A DNA stretch of 18,138 nucleotides from Bdellovibrionota bacterium (GTDB lineage: Bacteria > Bdellovibrionota_C > UBA2361), in NCBI GenBank assembly GCA_044352465.1, contig JBILDU010000063.1, positions 1-18,138 of the forward strand. The letters run 5' to 3'. Positions 15,451-18,138 of the stretch are shown piece by piece. The position numbers and the translations under genes were made by a program. The first letter of the stretch is position 1. Each line of letters begins with the position of its first letter. Below the pieces are notes generated by a model. That model did not search any database. It was not told the DNA's origin and was given only the letters and a program-made list of their open reading frames with translations.

Positions 15451-16005
15451 TTAGCGCTGAGCAGACTCGGGGGAGAATCCGGAAAAGTGAACTCGGCGGT
15501 TACGGGCCCAGGCCTCGTCGGTGCCACTCGAGTCAAGTGGAACCTCTTCACCGTAACTAATCGTATCGAGCTTGGCTCCGCCGACCCCTAGGCTCATCAG
15601 AACCTCCTGAACGGCCCGGGCGCGAGCTGCGCCGAGCGCCATATTATACTCCGCCGTCCCGCGCTCGTCGGTATGTCCCTCGAGTTGAATGGAAAGGCCG
15701 GGGTTTTGCCGCAGCACGTCCGCATTAAAGAGGATATCCTCCCGTGCCATGGCGTTAATGCTCGAGGAGTCGTAATCGAAACGGATGTCGCGGAATGGGC
15801 CCTCTCCCTCGGCCGCCGGGATGCCGGCGCTGCCGAACCGCCCCTCCCGTTGCGCGTTGAGGTCGGCCTCCGAGAGGCTGCCCCCGCCCGCTCCGTCGGC
15901 ACCGCCTTTTTTACCTGAACCGAAGGTCGAACATCCGGATAACGTCAGACCTGCGAGCGCCAGAGTCGTCGCCAAGAAAAGGTGGGGGAGCGCGCGCATT
16001 TTCAT
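15451..16005 (-). CDS. pal: Peptidoglycan-associated lipoprotein Pal (OmpA-like C-terminal domain)
   Basis: Lipobox LSG|C; IRFDYDSSSI, LEGHTDERGTAEYNMALGAARA, TISYGEEVP, AWARNRRV; SD AAGGA. Confidence 0.92.
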   Translation of the reverse strand: MKMRALPHLFLATTLALAGLTLSGCSTFGSGKKGGADGAGGGSLSEADLNAQREGRFGSAGIPAAEGEGPFRDIRFDYDSSSINAMAREDILFNADVLRQNPGLSIQLEGHTDERGTAEYNMALGAARARAVQEVLMSLGVGGAKLDTISYGEEVPLDSSGTDEAWARNRRVHFSGFSPESAQR

Positions 16006-16027
16006 AGATGTAATCCTTATGTAGAGT

Positions 16028-16055
16028 TTGGACCGTTAAAAGTTCGAGCCGTTCC
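16028..16055 (-). promoter_or_regulatory. Candidate ECF/sigmaE-type promoter for pal
   Basis: GGAAC (16055-16051), N17, GTCCAA (16033-16028), ending just upstream of the pal SD. Confidence 0.45.
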
Positions 16056-16109
16056 CTCCGTTTACCGAACGACGATTGTCGTATTTTTCGGGTGGACCGT
16101 GCGAGAATC

Positions 16110-16118
16110 TGTTATAAT
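16110..16118 (+). promoter_or_regulatory. Extended -10 promoter element for the dipeptidase-rarA unit
   Basis: Exact TGnTATAAT (TGTTATAAT) 100 nt upstream of ATG 16219 in a GC-rich genome. Confidence 0.55.
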
Positions 16119-16218
16119 TACGTACCTTTGTACGCTGGGGTAGGGAAGAGCGCAACGGTGAACTCACCTATTTAACTGGCGTTATCTGAGGATAGAAAAA
16201 ACCGCTACCGGAATCGCT

Positions 16219-17595
16219 ATGAACGTTGCCCAACTGTCGACGACCTTCGCCCAACACGAGTCCCGCTTTATCGCTGAGTGGGGTGAGTTGCTGGCATTTC
16301 AGAGTGTGAGTACCGACCCTACCTACGATGGTGATTGTGTCCGCTGCGCGGAGTGGCTGGTGCGTCATCTGACCGCGATCGGACTGCGCAGCCGACTCCT
16401 CTCCACCTCTTCAAAGCCGGTAGTGTTTGCCGAACATATCGGTAGACCCGGTGCGCCAACCGTTTTGTTTTACGGGCACTACGATGTGCAGCCGGTGGAT
16501 CCTGTGGAGTTGTGGACGAGTCCCCCGTTTCAGGCGACGTTGCGCAACGGGAGACTCTACGCCCGAGGAGCGGAGGATAATAAGGGCCAGCTTTTCTACG
16601 TTATCAAAGCGATCGAGAGCCTCATCGCTGCGCAGTCCCTCGATTGCACGGTGCGGATCTTTCTCGAAGGGGAAGAGGAGAGTGGGAGCGATGGTATTGC
16701 CGGGGCGATGCGGTCGTGGCCCGAGCTCAAGGGCGACGTCTTGATGGTGTGCGATACGGGGACTCCTAAGCCGGGCACGGTCGCGATCACGATGGGGCTC
16801 CGCGGGATAGTGAAGCTCACCGCCCGGTTAACGGGACCCACCAAAGACCTGCACTCCGGAGTTCATGGTGGGATCGCGCCGAATCCGGCGACCCAGATGG
16901 CTCGCCTCGTGGCGAGCCTCCACGACGAGCGGGGGCGCATCGCGGTCGCCGGGTATTACGACGGAGTCGCACCGATCGCTCCGGAGGACAAGGAGCTCGC
17001 AAATATCGAGCTGTTTACGCCGGCACAGTACGTGGGGATGGTTGGGGTGCCGCCGGTGGGAGGGGAGACTGATTATACCCTCGCCGAGCGACGCGGTTTC
17101 CGCCCGACGATTGAGATTAATGGAATTCATTCCGGGTACGACGGCCCGGGGAGCAAGACGATTATCCCAAGCTCAGCGATGGTGAAGATCACCTCGCGCA
17201 TCGTCGGTGGGCAAGAGCCCGAGCGGTGTCTCGGTCTCCTCGTCGATCATCTCAAACGCCACACGCCAGCGGGGCTCACCCTCGAGATCTCTGAAGAGGG
17301 GGTCGGAGGGCCGGCACTGCTCCTTAGCTCGCGTTCACCCCTTATCCAGAAGGCCCGCGAGGTCATCGCATCGATTACGGATCAGCCGGTGGTCTGTATC
17401 TGGGAGGGCGCTTCCATCCCGATCGTTGCGGAGCTCGCGGCGGTTTCGGGTGCAGAGCCGTTGCTCGTTGGATTCGCCACTGAGGAGGATAACATTCACG
17501 CCCCCAACGAATCTTTTTCAATTGCGCAATTTCGAGATGGCTACCTCTATGCTGCCGCGATGCTTCAGGCGCTTGGACACGGTACGGGAAAGTAA
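16219..17595 (+). CDS. M20 family metallopeptidase (dipeptidase, CNDP/Dug1-like)
   Basis: YGHYDVQP, LYARGAEDNKGQ, EGEEESGS, GLRG, DLHSG, KTIIP, IHAPNE metal-binding and catalytic motifs; 458 aa. Confidence 0.92.
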   Translation: MNVAQLSTTFAQHESRFIAEWGELLAFQSVSTDPTYDGDCVRCAEWLVRHLTAIGLRSRLLSTSSKPVVFAEHIGRPGAPTVLFYGHYDVQPVDPVELWTSPPFQATLRNGRLYARGAEDNKGQLFYVIKAIESLIAAQSLDCTVRIFLEGEEESGSDGIAGAMRSWPELKGDVLMVCDTGTPKPGTVAITMGLRGIVKLTARLTGPTKDLHSGVHGGIAPNPATQMARLVASLHDERGRIAVAGYYDGVAPIAPEDKELANIELFTPAQYVGMVGVPPVGGETDYTLAERRGFRPTIEINGIHSGYDGPGSKTIIPSSAMVKITSRIVGGQEPERCLGLLVDHLKRHTPAGLTLEISEEGVGGPALLLSSRSPLIQKAREVIASITDQPVVCIWEGASIPIVAELAAVSGAEPLLVGFATEEDNIHAPNESFSIAQFRDGYLYAAAMLQALGHGTGK

Positions 17596-17598
17596 ACG

Positions 17599-18138
17599 GT
17601 GAACGATCAAAGCGCCCTATTCCCCGCGGCTCTGCCCCCGCCACGATCAGAGTCGGCAACTCGGCCTGACGCGCCCCTGGCAGAGCGATTACGTCCCCAC
17701 GGGTGGGACGAATACCGTGGGCTGACGGAGATCGACCCCGCGCTGACTGCCTACCTGCGTGCCGGCACGGGACGTCCCCCCTCACTCCTCGTGTGGGGTC
17801 CACCTGGGTCGGGTAAGACCACGTTGGCGAAGTTGATAGGGCGAACCTTCCCGTGCCGTTTTGTTGAGATATCCGCCGTGATGGTTGGGGTTAAGGAGGT
17901 TCGTGAGATCGTCGCCGCGGCGAAAGAGCATGCCGAGCCAACCGTTTTATTTGTCGATGAGATTCACCGATTCAATAAGGCGCAGCAGGATGCCTTTCTC
18001 CCCCACATCGAGAGCGGTACGATCGTACTCATCGGAGCAACGACAGAGAACCCCTCGTTTTCGTTGACGAGCGCCCTCCTGTCCCGGTGCCGGGTGGTGG
18101 TTTTGAAAGGACTTTCTCCCGAATCGCTCGGCGCTATC
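17599..18138 (+). CDS. rarA: Replication-associated recombination protein A (AAA+ ATPase), 3' truncated
   Basis: Not in the ORF track; translated by hand from GTG 17599: ...APLAERLRP...WGPPGSGKTTLA...LFVDEIHRFNKAQQDAFLPHIESGTIVLIGATTENPSF...LLSRCRV. Confidence 0.95.
   Translation, partial: MNDQSALFPAALPPPRSESATRPDAPLAERLRPHGWDEYRGLTEIDPALTAYLRAGTGRPPSLLVWGPPGSGKTTLAKLIGRTFPCRFVEISAVMVGVKEVREIVAAAKEHAEPTVLFVDEIHRFNKAQQDAFLPHIESGTIVLIGATTENPSFSLTSALLSRCRVVVLKGLSPESLGAI

Noticed and set aside
1..18138. CRISPR arrays, tRNA/rRNA, transposases, integrases, defence genes
   Set aside because: No regularly spaced repeats, cloverleaf motifs or such protein motifs seen; nearly all sequence is explained by the listed genes.

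Overview
GC-rich bacterial chromosomal window, mostly cell-envelope and housekeeping genes; the gene content and order resemble Bdellovibrionota/Myxococcota/deltaproteobacteria-like genomes (inference). The minus strand carries a BamD-like lipoprotein followed by a type II secretion system cluster gspC-D-E-F-G-H-I-J, with gspJ running off the left edge. To its right are panC (+), two orphan genes (-), dxs (-), a stand-alone pal (-), an M20 dipeptidase (+) and the 5' part of rarA (+). I saw no mobile element, CRISPR array, tRNA or rRNA. The most unusual elements are: (i) an orphan gene pair in which a 140-aa protein with SspB-like tail motifs sits behind a complete sigma54-type promoter layout (23-bp palindrome, IHF-like site, -24/-12 box), followed by a 151-aa protein ending in a flagellin C-terminal-like helix behind a sigma28-like promoter; (ii) a GspD secretin with an extra ~105-aa C-terminal domain on a Pro/Ala linker; (iii) a BamD fused to a probable AMIN domain; (iv) a GspI with a very long prepilin leader. 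All functional ideas for these are hypotheses from reading the sequence by eye.
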